A DNA stretch of 57,303 nt, from contig JAKAHY010000007.1 of assembly GCA_021814695.1 (NCBI GenBank), positions 1 through 57,303 of the forward strand, read 5' to 3'. Positions 25,726 through 34,095 of the stretch are shown in pieces. The position numbers and the translations under genes are program-made. Each line of letters begins with the position of its first letter. Position 1 is the stretch's first letter. The stretch comes from a bacterium (GTDB lineage: Bacteria; Patescibacteriota; Minisyncoccia; UBA6257; JAGOQP01). The notes beneath the pieces were generated by a model. That model worked only from the letters and a program-made list of their open reading frames with translations, searched no databases and had not been told where the DNA came from.

Positions 25726-26322
25726 ATGATTACAAAAGAAAGAACATTGGTATTACTAAAACCCGATGCGGTTCAGAGAAGCTTGGTGGGAGAAATTCTG
25801 GGACGTTTTGAAAGGGCCGGTTTAAAAATTGCCGCTCTTAAATTTTTAATTCCAAGCAAGGAACAAGCTTATAAGCATTACGTCAAAAATGAAGCCGAAA
25901 TAGAAGCGCTCGGTAACCGTTCAATAGAGGGAAAGAAGAAATCCGGAATTGTCGTTAACGAAAACCCGAAAGAATTGGGACAAAAAATAATAGATCGTCT
26001 GGTTAAGTTTTTAACTGCCGGACCGGTCGTGGCTTTTGTGCTTGAGGGGAACAAGGCGGTTGCTATAACCAGAAAGATAGTGGGATCAACCGAGCCCCTA
26101 CAGTCGGATGTAGGCACTATCCGAGGAGATTACACGATAGACTCATATGAATTGGCTGATGACGGAGACAGGGCGGTCAGAAATCTTGTCCATGCTTCGG
26201 CAAACGTTCCCGAATCCGATTACGAAATAAAAGTCTGGTTTAATGAACAGGAAATAGTGGATTATAAGAATGCTTTGGAAAAGGTTTTATACGACGTAAA
26301 TTTGGATGCAATTCCCGAGTAA
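25726..26322 (+). CDS. ndk: Nucleoside diphosphate kinase (long form with insertions)
   Basis: TLVLLKPDAVQR, GTIRGDY, NLVHAS motifs. It is 198 aa against the usual roughly 140-150. Confidence 0.85.
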   Translation: MITKERTLVLLKPDAVQRSLVGEILGRFERAGLKIAALKFLIPSKEQAYKHYVKNEAEIEALGNRSIEGKKKSGIVVNENPKELGQKIIDRLVKFLTAGPVVAFVLEGNKAVAITRKIVGSTEPLQSDVGTIRGDYTIDSYELADDGDRAVRNLVHASANVPESDYEIKVWFNEQEIVDYKNALEKVLYDVNLDAIPE

Positions 26323-26332
26323 TAACGGCGAT

Positions 26333-26361
26333 AAAAGCAGGGCGCAAGCCTTGCTTTTTTG
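26333..26361 (+). terminator. Intrinsic terminator after ndk
   Basis: agcagggc-gcaa-gccttgct hairpin followed by T6. Confidence 0.8.
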
Positions 26362-26369
26362 ATATGTTC

Positions 26370-26513
26370 TGCTATTATCCCAGTGAGCCCTACCATCGTT
26401 AAGATTCTCGGTCAAACAATTTTTTTTGGGAGGGTAACAGTATCTTGGCCTTTTGGCTAAGATTGAGCCCACCCACCTGGCAGTTAGCCGGGATGGATCT
26501 TAACGGAGGGCTC
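26370..26513 (+). promoter_or_regulatory. Extended -10 promoter plus a roughly 130-nt structured 5' leader of rpmB (candidate r-protein leader)
   Basis: TGcTATTAT at 26370-78. The long-range helix has three segments: 26385-91 pairs with 26507-13, cgttaagat (26397-26405) pairs with atcttaacg (26496-26504), and tctcgg pairs with ccggga. Inner elements are the gggagggt/acccaccc helix and the 9-bp hairpin 26442-63. No terminator precedes the rpmB ATG. Confidence 0.45.
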
Positions 26514-26552
26514 ATTAAAATCCATAAATAATAATTAAACAGGATAATTAAA

Positions 26553-26747
26553 ATGAGAGTTTGCCAAATTTGCGGAAAAGGGTCACAAATGGGAGGAACC
26601 AGGAAAAAGCTTCGCGGTAATTATAATCCGGTAAATTGGTCGCGTAAGCACCCGAATCTCCAAAAAACAAGAACGCTTGGTGGAAAGCGGGTTTTGGCTT
26701 GTACCGACTGCATCAAGAAAATGCCGAAAACGGTGAATAGCAAATAA
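26553..26747 (+). CDS. rpmB: 50S ribosomal protein L28
   Basis: 64 aa, MRVCQICGKG....PNLQK, with a C-terminal CxxC. Confidence 0.85.
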   Translation: MRVCQICGKGSQMGGTRKKLRGNYNPVNWSRKHPNLQKTRTLGGKRVLACTDCIKKMPKTVNSK

Positions 26748-26765
26748 GAATCAGGAAAACATAAG

Positions 26766-26787
26766 ATTGCCGAAAGGCGATTTTTTG
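26766..26787 (+). terminator. Intrinsic terminator after rpmB
   Basis: attgcc-gaaa-ggcgat hairpin followed by tttttt. Confidence 0.7.
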
Positions 26788-26814
26788 TTGAAAAAATACA
26801 TAGTTAGGTATAAT
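26785..26814 (+). promoter_or_regulatory. Putative promoter of the tRNA-Pro transcription unit
   Basis: TTGTTG (18-nt spacer) or TTGAAA (15-nt spacer) upstream of a perfect TATAAT at 26809-26814. Confidence 0.5.
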
Positions 26815-26825
26815 CTGAATGCGTA

Positions 26826-26864
26826 TCGGGCCGTAGTGCAACGGCTAGCACGAGTCCATGGGGT
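26826..26864 (+). pseudogene. tRNA-Pro 5'-half fragment (acceptor 5' strand through the anticodon loop)
   Basis: 38/39 nt identical to 26926-26964, offset exactly 100 nt. Identity ends after anticodon-loop position 38. The single difference (C for T at 26832) would break acceptor pair 6:67. No matching 3' half follows. Confidence 0.7.
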
Positions 26865-26926
26865 TCGATCAAATGGCTTTGCTCGAACGGGAATTTTAGA
26901 AAATTGAAAATTTTCGTCATCAGTGT

Positions 26927-26998
26927 CGGGCTGTAGTGCAACGGCTAGCACGAGTCCATGGGGTGGATTTAGTCCGGGTTCGAATCCCGGCAGCCCGA
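26927..26998 (+). tRNA. tRNA-Pro (anticodon GGG), CCA not encoded
   Basis: Manual cloverleaf: acceptor cgggctg/cagcccg, D arm gtgc-aacggcta-gcac, anticodon arm agtcc-atGGGgt-ggatt (U33, G37), 4-nt variable loop, T arm ccggg-ttcgaat-cccgg. C1:G72 and A73 match bacterial tRNA-Pro. Confidence 0.85.
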
Positions 26999-27103
26999 CA
27001 CTGCTGATGAAAAATTCCCTGAAGGATTGATGGGGATAGTAATCTGGTTTGGAATGCAATTAAAGCTGCCGGCTATAGACGTGAAGCAGCCAAGCTTGAA
27101 GAT

Positions 27104-27334
27104 GTGTGCAGTTATATAGACCGTGAGATAAAAAGGCGTCAAAAAAAGGTGGCCCTGGAACTTGAGAAGACGATGCTCTATCAGCAGATGATGTCTCCGG
27201 AAAATCAGGCCAAAGCAAAAAGACATCTTTTTATGTTGCGTGGCGATATAGAGAGGCTTTTCAGGATTCTTTTGGAATCAGCTAATGAAACCGATATTAA
27301 TGACAAAATCTTGCTTTTGGGGAGATCGCAGTGA
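27104..27334 (+). CDS. Hypothetical small helical protein
   Basis: 76-aa ORF from GTG 27104. The frame is open from 27023 and reads plausibly (..WNAIKAAGYRREAAKLED..), but it offers only non-canonical starts (ATT 27026, CTG 27044). Confidence 0.45.
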   Translation: MCSYIDREIKRRQKKVALELEKTMLYQQMMSPENQAKAKRHLFMLRGDIERLFRILLESANETDINDKILLLGRSQ

Positions 27335-27528
27335 CTGCTATCAGAAACGAAGGCCAGAGAATATTGTTCTGGAAATTGGTAAAGCTTGCCGGCGGCGACC
27401 GGGATCTGGTATGGAGGGCTATTAGGGCCAATGCGGACAGCGACGGAGTGGCAACGTTAGAAGATGTGGTGGAATACATCAAGAAAGAGCTGCTGAATAA
27501 GATTCAAACTCTCAGCTCCATAAAATAA
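27331..27528 (+). CDS. Hypothetical small protein
   Basis: 65 aa. The GTG start overlaps the upstream stop (GTGA), and a terminator follows. Confidence 0.45.
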   Translation: MTAIRNEGQRILFWKLVKLAGGDRDLVWRAIRANADSDGVATLEDVVEYIKKELLNKIQTLSSIK

Positions 27529-27529
27529 A

Positions 27530-27553
27530 ATACCGCGATTAGCGGTTTTTTTG
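27530..27553 (+). terminator. Intrinsic terminator after the small ORF pair
   Basis: accgc-gatta-gcggt hairpin followed by T7. Confidence 0.75.
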
Positions 27554-27568
27554 TGATATAATTGAATT

Positions 27569-27817
27569 ATGGAAAAAAGAGAAGGCGTTATTGGAGAAGG
27601 GGGTCAGAAAATTGAAGGAAGAATAGAAAATATCGAAAGCTTTCGAGAGGGAGGCTGGGAACAAGTTTTACCGAAAGGAATAGAACTCTCGGACGTGGAT
27701 GTTTTTGTTAAAAAGGAAGGCGATAAAACGTCGTGGTATTGGCATCTGGTACCTGATTTGATTGAGGATGAAAAATTGCGCGAAGCCTGGAAAAGAGAAC
27801 ATGAAATTTGGCCCTAA
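27569..27817 (+). CDS. Hypothetical protein
   Basis: 82-aa acidic/basic ORF with no recognisable motif. Confidence 0.45.
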   Translation: MEKREGVIGEGGQKIEGRIENIESFREGGWEQVLPKGIELSDVDVFVKKEGDKTSWYWHLVPDLIEDEKLREAWKREHEIWP

Positions 27818-27828
27818 TTTCAATTAAA

Positions 27829-29070
27829 ATGGAAAATCATCAGTTAATCGATCTGATAAATAAAGAAATTGAGCAAGGCTCAAGCCGCGAACAGGTTGTC
27901 AGCAATCTTATTTTTGCCGGATTTTCCTATCAGGATATTCAGGGCGCACTCAACCAAATGGCCAGGAATGGGGAGTTGCCCAAGGATTTTTTGGATTCTT
28001 CCAGACAAACTCGGCAGACCGGAGCTCAAATCCAAAAAATTAAAAAGCTTGAGGAGTCGACGGCTCAAATCAGTGAGGAACCGAGCATTAAGGAAATGGT
28101 GGGGCGATATAAAAAAATATTTATTTACGTTTCAATCGGGTTGATTGTTTTAATAGGCGGTTTGTTTACCATATTCTATTTATATAATACTTCAACGTCG
28201 GTTATTCTGAAAAAATCATTAATAAATCTTTCCTCCGTTACTTCAGGGTCCTTTTATATGGCAGCTAATGTAGATGTAAACAAAGACGTTTCTCCAAACG
28301 ACCTGCTCATAAAAGATATGTTTCCCGAAAAAATAACACTGGAATCAAAGGGGATATTTGACATATCGTATTTAGTGGCGAAATATTCTCTGGAGATAAG
28401 CGCCAATGACGGATATAATGCCGATTCTTCCTCCCAGCCATTTTGGGACGTCGGAGCGGTAAGTCCGGACGGTTCCGCTTTTTATTTTAAGTTGAACGAT
28501 ATTGCAACCTCATCAATCCAGAATCAGACATTTGTTTCACAACTTTTGCCGACGTGGGTTTTTGTGGATATAACCAGCAGCGAGCCTCTTTTTACCGTAG
28601 CGCCGCAAAAAGTTTTGAGCCGCCTCGAGTCGTATCGGGGCGCGGCTTCTTCCGATTTCAAGTCGGCGCTAAGCCTGCTGTCTGATCCTCTGATTATTTC
28701 AAGCGTAGCGGATCTGGGGAGCCAAAATATCGGAGATTCTTCTTATTATCATTATAAAATAACCCTGGAACCTCAGAGGGCAAACGAAATCATATCTGCA
28801 TTTTATTCCGCCGCCGGAATAAGTGACGGAGGGTGGCTTAAAGATCTTATAAACAATCCGTGGGAAATCTGGATAAACAAGAGCTCTCTTTTGCCGTATC
28901 GGGTTTTGATAACGAACAAAACCGAAGATTCTTCTCAGATGTTTGATCCCAGAGACGTGTTATTAATAATAAGCGGATTTAATGCCAAATATTCCATAGA
29001 TGCACCGGCTCAGTTTTCACCCCTTTCACACATTCTTCAAATAATTCAAAATAATAATCAATCCCAATAA
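27829..29070 (+). CDS. Hypothetical bitopic membrane protein (small N-terminal cytoplasmic helical domain, 1 TM, large extracytoplasmic domain)
   Basis: I prefer the start at ATG 27829 (MENHQLIDLINKEIEQG..). TM helix is IFIYVSIGLIVLIGGLFTIFYLY. The stop is 1 nt before the M50 protease start. Confidence 0.6.
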   Translation: MENHQLIDLINKEIEQGSSREQVVSNLIFAGFSYQDIQGALNQMARNGELPKDFLDSSRQTRQTGAQIQKIKKLEESTAQISEEPSIKEMVGRYKKIFIYVSIGLIVLIGGLFTIFYLYNTSTSVILKKSLINLSSVTSGSFYMAANVDVNKDVSPNDLLIKDMFPEKITLESKGIFDISYLVAKYSLEISANDGYNADSSSQPFWDVGAVSPDGSAFYFKLNDIATSSIQNQTFVSQLLPTWVFVDITSSEPLFTVAPQKVLSRLESYRGAASSDFKSALSLLSDPLIISSVADLGSQNIGDSSYYHYKITLEPQRANEIISAFYSAAGISDGGWLKDLINNPWEIWINKSSLLPYRVLITNKTEDSSQMFDPRDVLLIISGFNAKYSIDAPAQFSPLSHILQIIQNNNQSQ

Positions 29071-29071
29071 T

Positions 29072-29683
29072 ATGAATGAAATCGTTATTATAATTTTTCA
29101 ACTGGCAATTTTGATACTTTCCGTAATGGTGCATGAGGTGATGCATGGGTACACGGCTTATTTTTTAGGGGACATGACCGCTAAAAATGCCAAGAGACTT
29201 AATTTTAATCCAATTAATCATCTTGATCCGTTCGGTTCAATAATTTTGCCCCTTCTTTTGTATATGGCAACCGCCGGAACTTTCGTCATCGGCTGGGCAA
29301 AGCCCGTTCCTTATAATCCGCTCAATCTTAAAAATCCGAAATCCGGAGCGGGAATTATTGCCATAGCCGGACCCTTGAGTAATTTCGCGATTGCCATATT
29401 TGCGGCCTTATTGCTCAAAATTAACCTGGTTTTGGGAGGTTTAGTACAGCCGATATTTCTTCAGATAGTCATTGTGTTGAATCTTGCTTTGATGGTTTTT
29501 AATCTTGTCCCTATTCCACCGCTTGATGGCTCCAAAGTTCTGTTTTCTTTATTGCCGTCAAGATATTTCAAAATTCAATATGCCTTGGAGAGGTATGGGC
29601 TCTGGATACTCCTGGTTTTTATCTTCTTTGGATTTTCGCTGATTATCCCGGTAATCAACTTCCTATATAATCTTCTTGCATAA
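29072..29683 (+). CDS. Site-2 protease family (peptidase M50) membrane metalloprotease, minimal form
   Basis: HEVMHG (HExxH) in TM1 and NLVPIPPLDGS in a later TM. 203 aa, no PDZ domain. Confidence 0.8.
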   Translation: MNEIVIIIFQLAILILSVMVHEVMHGYTAYFLGDMTAKNAKRLNFNPINHLDPFGSIILPLLLYMATAGTFVIGWAKPVPYNPLNLKNPKSGAGIIAIAGPLSNFAIAIFAALLLKINLVLGGLVQPIFLQIVIVLNLALMVFNLVPIPPLDGSKVLFSLLPSRYFKIQYALERYGLWILLVFIFFGFSLIIPVINFLYNLLA

Positions 29684-29692
29684 CATTATTAT

Positions 29693-29722
29693 TTGACAAA
29701 ATCCTTCTGTTTCTGCTATATT
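29693..29722 (+). promoter_or_regulatory. Putative promoter of the rpsL operon
   Basis: TTGACA, 18 nt, TATATT. Confidence 0.5.
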
Positions 29723-29750
29723 TTTCTAGTCCACTTGGGACGTTTTTGTT

Positions 29751-30161
29751 ATGCCGACAGTCACACAACTGGTAAAAAAAGGAAGAAAGAATCCCGGAAA
29801 GAAATCGAAAGCACCGGCTTTGGGGCTTTATTTTAATACCGTAAGAAATCGACCGAAACTTTCGGCATCTCCGTTTAAGCGCGGCGTTTGTCTGAAAGTT
29901 TTTACAACTACTCCTAAGAAACCTAACTCTGCTTTGCGTAAGGTGGCGCGTGTACGCTTAACCAATGGAATGGAAGTTACCGCTTATATTCCCGGAGAAG
30001 GGCATAATTTGCAGGAACACTCCGTGGTTATGATAAGAGGCGGAAGAGTCAAAGATCTTCCGGGTGTCCGTTATCACGTCGTCCGCGGGCGTCTTGATGC
30101 TTCAGGCGTTGAAAACCGAAAGCAGGAAAGAAGCAAATACGGAGTTAAAAAAGGGAAATAA
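29751..30161 (+). CDS. rpsL: 30S ribosomal protein S12
   Basis: [12 protein letters not shown]..., [34 protein letters not shown]. Confidence 0.95.
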   Translation: MPTVTQLVKKGRKNPGKKSKAPALGLYFNTVRNRPKLSASPFKRGVCLKVFTTTPKKPNSALRKVARVRLTNGMEVTAYIPGEGHNLQEHSVVMIRGGRVKDLPGVRYHVVRGRLDASGVENRKQERSKYGVKKGK

Positions 30162-30189
30162 ATAATCTTTAAATAGTAATCGGAAATTA

Positions 30190-30657
30190 ATGCGTAAGAA
30201 AAAGAATTACAAGCGATCAATAGAGCCGGATATAAAACATGAAAATGTCCAGATTGCGCGTTTTATAAATTATCTGATGAAGGACGGGAAAAAGTCCGTG
30301 GCACAGAAAGTTATGTATGACGCCCTGGATTTGATTGCCGAAAAAACAAAACAAAGCGCTATTGATGTTTTCGAAAAAGCTCTCGAAAACGCTTCTCCTA
30401 TATATGAAGTTGTTTCCAAGCGTGTTGGTGGAGCAAACTACCAGGTTCCTCGTGAAGTCAGGGCAGAGCGCAAATTCTTCTTGGCCTGTCACTGGATTAT
30501 TGAAGGAGCGCAGGGGGTAAAGGGAAAGCCTATGGCTCAGCGCTTGGCCGACGAAATTATCAGTGTCTTTAATAACGAGGGTAATGCAATCCGTAAGAAG
30601 CAGAATGTGCATAAAATGGCAGAAGCCAACCGTGCATTTGCTCACTTTGCCCGATAA
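30190..30657 (+). CDS. rpsG: 30S ribosomal protein S7
   Basis: LMKDGKKSVAQK, VGGANYQVP, ANRAFAHF. Lies in the rpsL-rpsG-fusA order. Confidence 0.95.
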   Translation: MRKKKNYKRSIEPDIKHENVQIARFINYLMKDGKKSVAQKVMYDALDLIAEKTKQSAIDVFEKALENASPIYEVVSKRVGGANYQVPREVRAERKFFLACHWIIEGAQGVKGKPMAQRLADEIISVFNNEGNAIRKKQNVHKMAEANRAFAHFAR

Positions 30658-30672
30658 TTTTTTACTTTCTTT

Positions 30673-32820
30673 ATGGCTGCTAAACGATATCCTTTGGAAA
30701 AATATCGCAATATTGGAATCATTGCTCACATTGATGCGGGCAAAACTACCGTTTCGGAGCGTGTTTTGTTTTACACCGGAATTTCTCACAAAATAGGAGA
30801 AGTCCACGAGGGAGCCGCAATCATGGACTGGATGGAACAGGAAAGAGAGCGGGGAATAACCATAACTGCCGCCGCGACCACTTGTTTTTGGACTCCTGCC
30901 CGTGACTTAAAAAATGCCTCCAGTGAAGAAGAAAAAATCAAAATCCGCGAACAACACGAACATCGGTTGAATATTATCGATACTCCAGGACACGTGGACT
31001 TTACCGTGGAAGTTGAGAGATCTTTGCGCGTTCTTGACGGGGGAGTCACTGTTTTTGACGGAGTCGCCGGAGTGGAGCCGCAATCGGAAACCGTTTGGCA
31101 TCAGGCTGATAAATATAAGGTGCCCCGTATTTGTTTTATAAATAAACTTGACCGAATGGGGGCCAGTTTTGAAAATTCGTTTAATTCCATTTTGGAAAGA
31201 CTTACTCCCGATGCCGTGGCCGTTCAGTTGCCCATAGGCCTTGAAGAGCGTTTTGAAGGAGTTGTCGATGTCTTGGAAAAGAAAGCTTTCATGTTTGAAG
31301 GCGATCACGGAGAAAACATAAAGGAAGTTGAAATTCCTTCGGATATGGTTGCCGATGTGGAAAAAAAGCGTTCAACTTTGATAGAAAAAATCGTCGAAAA
31401 GGACGAGTCTTTGATGGAAAAGTATCTTAACGGAGAAGAAATTCCGGTTGAGCAATTAAGGCAAGTTCTTAGAAAAGCGACAATCAACAATGAATTGGTT
31501 CCGGTTTTCTGCGGCAGTGCTCTCAAAAACAAAGGCGTTCAGCTGATGTTGGATGGAGTTGTGGATTATTTGCCGTCTCCTTTGGATATAACTCATTTGA
31601 AGCCGATTAAAGGAAATGATCCTAAAACCGGAGAGGAAATTATTAGACAACCGAATGACGATGAGCCTTTAACGGCGCTGGCTTTTAAAATCGCTACCGA
31701 CCCGTTTGTCGGAAATTTGACATACTTTAGAATTTACGGAGGAACGATGAAGAAGGGAAGTTATATTCTGAATTCATCCAAGGGTAATCAGGAGCGTGTC
31801 GGAAGAATCGTCCGTATGCACGCCAACCACCGCGAAGATGTTGAGGAAATGTATTCCGGAGATTTGGGAGCAATCGTAGGTCTTAAAAATACATCAACCG
31901 GGGATACTCTTTGTGACCCGGAAAAACCGATAATGCTTGAAAAAATTACGTTTCCCGAACCGGTTATCAATCTTAAGATTGAGCCCAAAACCAAAGCGGA
32001 CCAGGAAAAATTGGGCATTGCTTTACACCGTCTTTCCGATGAAGACCCGACTTTTAGAGTCACCGGAGACCAGGATACGGGAGAAACTATTATTTGGGGA
32101 ATGGGAGAGTTACACTTGGAAATTCTCGTAGACCGCATGAAGCGCGAGTTTAATGTCGAAGCCAATGTTGGTCGTCCACGGGTTTCCTATAAAGAGACAA
32201 TTAGGGGCAATGCTGAAGCGGAAGGTAAATATATCAGACAATCCGGAGGCCGGGGGCAATATGGTCATGCTAAAATTAAAGTCAAACCTCTCGAAAGAGG
32301 AAAGGGTTTTGTGTTTGTTAACCAAATTAAAGGAGGTGTCATTCCGCAGGAATTTATTGCTCCTATAGAAAAAGGTATCAAGGAGGCAATGGATAGGGGT
32401 ATTGTTGCCGGCTATCCGATGACCGATTTGGAGGTTACTCTGTTTGACGGTTCTTATCACGACGTTGACTCGTCCGAAGCGGCTTTCAAAATCGCAGGAT
32501 CAATGGCATTTCAGGAGGCGGCAAAGAATGCCAGCCCGGTAATTTTGGAACCGATAATGAAAGTGCAGACAATCGCACCGGCGGATTACTTGGGTGATGT
32601 TACCGGAGACTTGAATTCCAAGCGCGGTAGAATTGAATCGCTCTCTGACCGGGCTATGACAAAAGTTATCGACGCTATGGTGCCCTTGTCGGAAATGTTC
32701 GGGTATGCTACAAAATTAAGGTCAATGACTCAGGGGAGAGGATCGTTTACGATGGAATTCAGCCATTATGAGGAAGTTCCCAAGAGTGTTGAACAACAAA
32801 TCGTAGAAGGTAAAAAATAA
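30673..32820 (+). CDS. fusA: Elongation factor G
   Basis: [28 protein letters not shown]-domain motifs. 715 aa. Confidence 0.95.
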   Translation: MAAKRYPLEKYRNIGIIAHIDAGKTTVSERVLFYTGISHKIGEVHEGAAIMDWMEQERERGITITAAATTCFWTPARDLKNASSEEEKIKIREQHEHRLNIIDTPGHVDFTVEVERSLRVLDGGVTVFDGVAGVEPQSETVWHQADKYKVPRICFINKLDRMGASFENSFNSILERLTPDAVAVQLPIGLEERFEGVVDVLEKKAFMFEGDHGENIKEVEIPSDMVADVEKKRSTLIEKIVEKDESLMEKYLNGEEIPVEQLRQVLRKATINNELVPVFCGSALKNKGVQLMLDGVVDYLPSPLDITHLKPIKGNDPKTGEEIIRQPNDDEPLTALAFKIATDPFVGNLTYFRIYGGTMKKGSYILNSSKGNQERVGRIVRMHANHREDVEEMYSGDLGAIVGLKNTSTGDTLCDPEKPIMLEKITFPEPVINLKIEPKTKADQEKLGIALHRLSDEDPTFRVTGDQDTGETIIWGMGELHLEILVDRMKREFNVEANVGRPRVSYKETIRGNAEAEGKYIRQSGGRGQYGHAKIKVKPLERGKGFVFVNQIKGGVIPQEFIAPIEKGIKEAMDRGIVAGYPMTDLEVTLFDGSYHDVDSSEAAFKIAGSMAFQEAAKNASPVILEPIMKVQTIAPADYLGDVTGDLNSKRGRIESLSDRAMTKVIDAMVPLSEMFGYATKLRSMTQGRGSFTMEFSHYEEVPKSVEQQIVEGKK

Positions 32821-32822
32821 TT

Positions 32823-33167
32823 ATGGAATACACAATTGACTGCAAAGGAAAAGTTCTTGGAAGAGTGGCGACAGAAATCGCTTTGATTTTGCAGGGCAAA
32901 AAGAATGCCGGATATAACCCGCGCCTGGAAGGAGGCGATAAGGTAATCGTCAAGAACGTGGAGTCTCTTAATTTGACCGGCAGAAAAACCGAACAGAAAA
33001 TATATTACTCACACACTACCCAGATAGGACATCTTAAAGAAAGAAAGATTAAAGATGTTTTGGAAAAGCACGGCATGCAGTGGGTTTTGCGCAAGGCCGT
33101 AATGAGGATGTTGCCCAAAAATAAATTACAGGCACGAAGGATTAAAAGAATGATTATAGAAAAATAA
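32823..33167 (+). CDS. rplM: 50S ribosomal protein L13 (short form)
   Basis: GKVLGRVATEIALILQGK, YYSHT..IG, MLPKNKL. It is 114 aa. Confidence 0.9.
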   Translation: MEYTIDCKGKVLGRVATEIALILQGKKNAGYNPRLEGGDKVIVKNVESLNLTGRKTEQKIYYSHTTQIGHLKERKIKDVLEKHGMQWVLRKAVMRMLPKNKLQARRIKRMIIEK

Positions 33168-33172
33168 CAAAC

Positions 33173-33631
33173 ATGCCAAAAATAGCAGAAAAAGTTAATA
33201 CGGAAAAAACAAAGATACCTAATCTTAAAAAAGGCCGTTTTGTGGAAGGCGTTGGCCGCCGCAAAACATCCGTTGCTCGCGTCAGATTGTTTAAAGCGGA
33301 AGGAAATGACGGAGGAAAGATAGAAATAAACGGAAAACCATTTGAGAAATATTTTACACTTGGAAACCATCAAAAAACCGTAAAGAGCCCTTTTTCCAAG
33401 CTCGATTTGGAAAATGCTTTTAAAACAACCGTGAAAGTCGTCGGCGGAGGAGTTTCTTCTCAAGCCGGAGCCGTAAGACACGGAGTTGCAAGAGCTTTGG
33501 TTGAATTTGACGAAGAATTCAGAAAAAAGCTGAGGTTATTCGGATTTTTGACCCGCGACCCGAGAATGGTTGAGAGAAAGAAATTCGGTCTCAAAAAAGC
33601 CAGACGTGCTCCGCAGTGGTCAAAGCGTTAA
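33173..33631 (+). CDS. rpsI: 30S ribosomal protein S9
   Basis: GRRKTSVARV, GGG.SSQAGAVRHG.ARAL, C-terminal RRAPQWSKR. Confidence 0.95.
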   Translation: MPKIAEKVNTEKTKIPNLKKGRFVEGVGRRKTSVARVRLFKAEGNDGGKIEINGKPFEKYFTLGNHQKTVKSPFSKLDLENAFKTTVKVVGGGVSSQAGAVRHGVARALVEFDEEFRKKLRLFGFLTRDPRMVERKKFGLKKARRAPQWSKR

Positions 33632-33636
33632 TCCTT

Positions 33637-34053
33637 ATGGATGTTTCCAGAAGAACCGTTGTTGTTTTTATCGTGCTCCTTCTGATGGCGCATATATTTG
33701 CGGTTTTTTTCGGATGGTATTCCAGTTCGCTGGTAGATTTTCTGCTGCATTTTTTGGGAGGAATATGGTCGGCTCTATTTTTTGGACTGCTTTATAAGCA
33801 TTTTATTTCCACTCATCTGCACGATCATTTTTCGGAAAAAATAAAAATGCTGCTGATAATAATTTCGTTTGCTTCTTTGCTTGGGATAGGATGGGAGTTT
33901 CACGAATTTATTTTAAGCGAATACTTTCCCGCATACCTTCAAGAGGATATGTGGCAGGTGATGAACAGCCTTTTGGTCACAATTATTGGCGGAGGATTCG
34001 GTGGGTGGCTGATAATTTACAGAAAAGCCGACTCGAAAGACAATATCGTTTGA
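33637..34053 (+). CDS. Hypothetical integral membrane protein
   Basis: Four hydrophobic helices. I prefer ATG 33637 (MDVSRR..) over 33616, which overlaps rpsI. Confidence 0.55.
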   Translation: MDVSRRTVVVFIVLLLMAHIFAVFFGWYSSSLVDFLLHFLGGIWSALFFGLLYKHFISTHLHDHFSEKIKMLLIIISFASLLGIGWEFHEFILSEYFPAYLQEDMWQVMNSLLVTIIGGGFGGWLIIYRKADSKDNIV

Positions 34054-34056
34054 TTG

Positions 34057-34085
34057 AAAAAGACGCCTTGTAAGGCGTCTTTTTG
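34057..34085. terminator. Bidirectional intrinsic terminator between convergent genes
   Basis: aaaaagacgcc-ttgtaa-ggcgtcttttt, flanked by A and T runs. Confidence 0.8.
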
Positions 34086-34095
34086 TTGTGGTTGA

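Noticed and set aside
26442-26463. Hairpin atcttggccttttggctaagat, which from memory resembles the 5' stem-loop region of eukaryotic U2 snRNA (..ggccuuuuggcuaagau..)
   Set aside because: It is a short simple hairpin in a clearly bacterial context with no Sm site or branch-point-recognition sequence. I treat it as coincidence and as part of the rpmB leader structure.
26826-26964. Exact 100-nt periodic repeat considered as a mini CRISPR array
   Set aside because: There are only two copies, the repeat is tRNA-derived (5' half of tRNA-Pro), and no cas genes are present.
26751-27059. 102-aa minus-strand ORF in the track
   Set aside because: It lies entirely over the rpmB terminator, the tRNA promoter, the tRNA-Pro 5'-half fragment and the intact tRNA-Pro gene. 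The open frame is explained by these RNA features.
26927-29070. Integrated mobile element or prophage remnant at the tRNA-Pro 3' side
   Set aside because: No integrase, excisionase or phage-like gene is present, and no direct repeat of the tRNA 3' end lies downstream. Only the weaker 'islet' idea is kept, as a finding.
30217-30807. 196-aa minus-strand ORF antisense to rpsG and the start of fusA
   Set aside because: It is a shadow ORF opposite highly conserved ribosomal genes, with no signals or motifs.
33005-33481. 158-aa minus-strand ORF antisense to rplM and rpsI
   Set aside because: It is a shadow ORF opposite conserved ribosomal protein genes.
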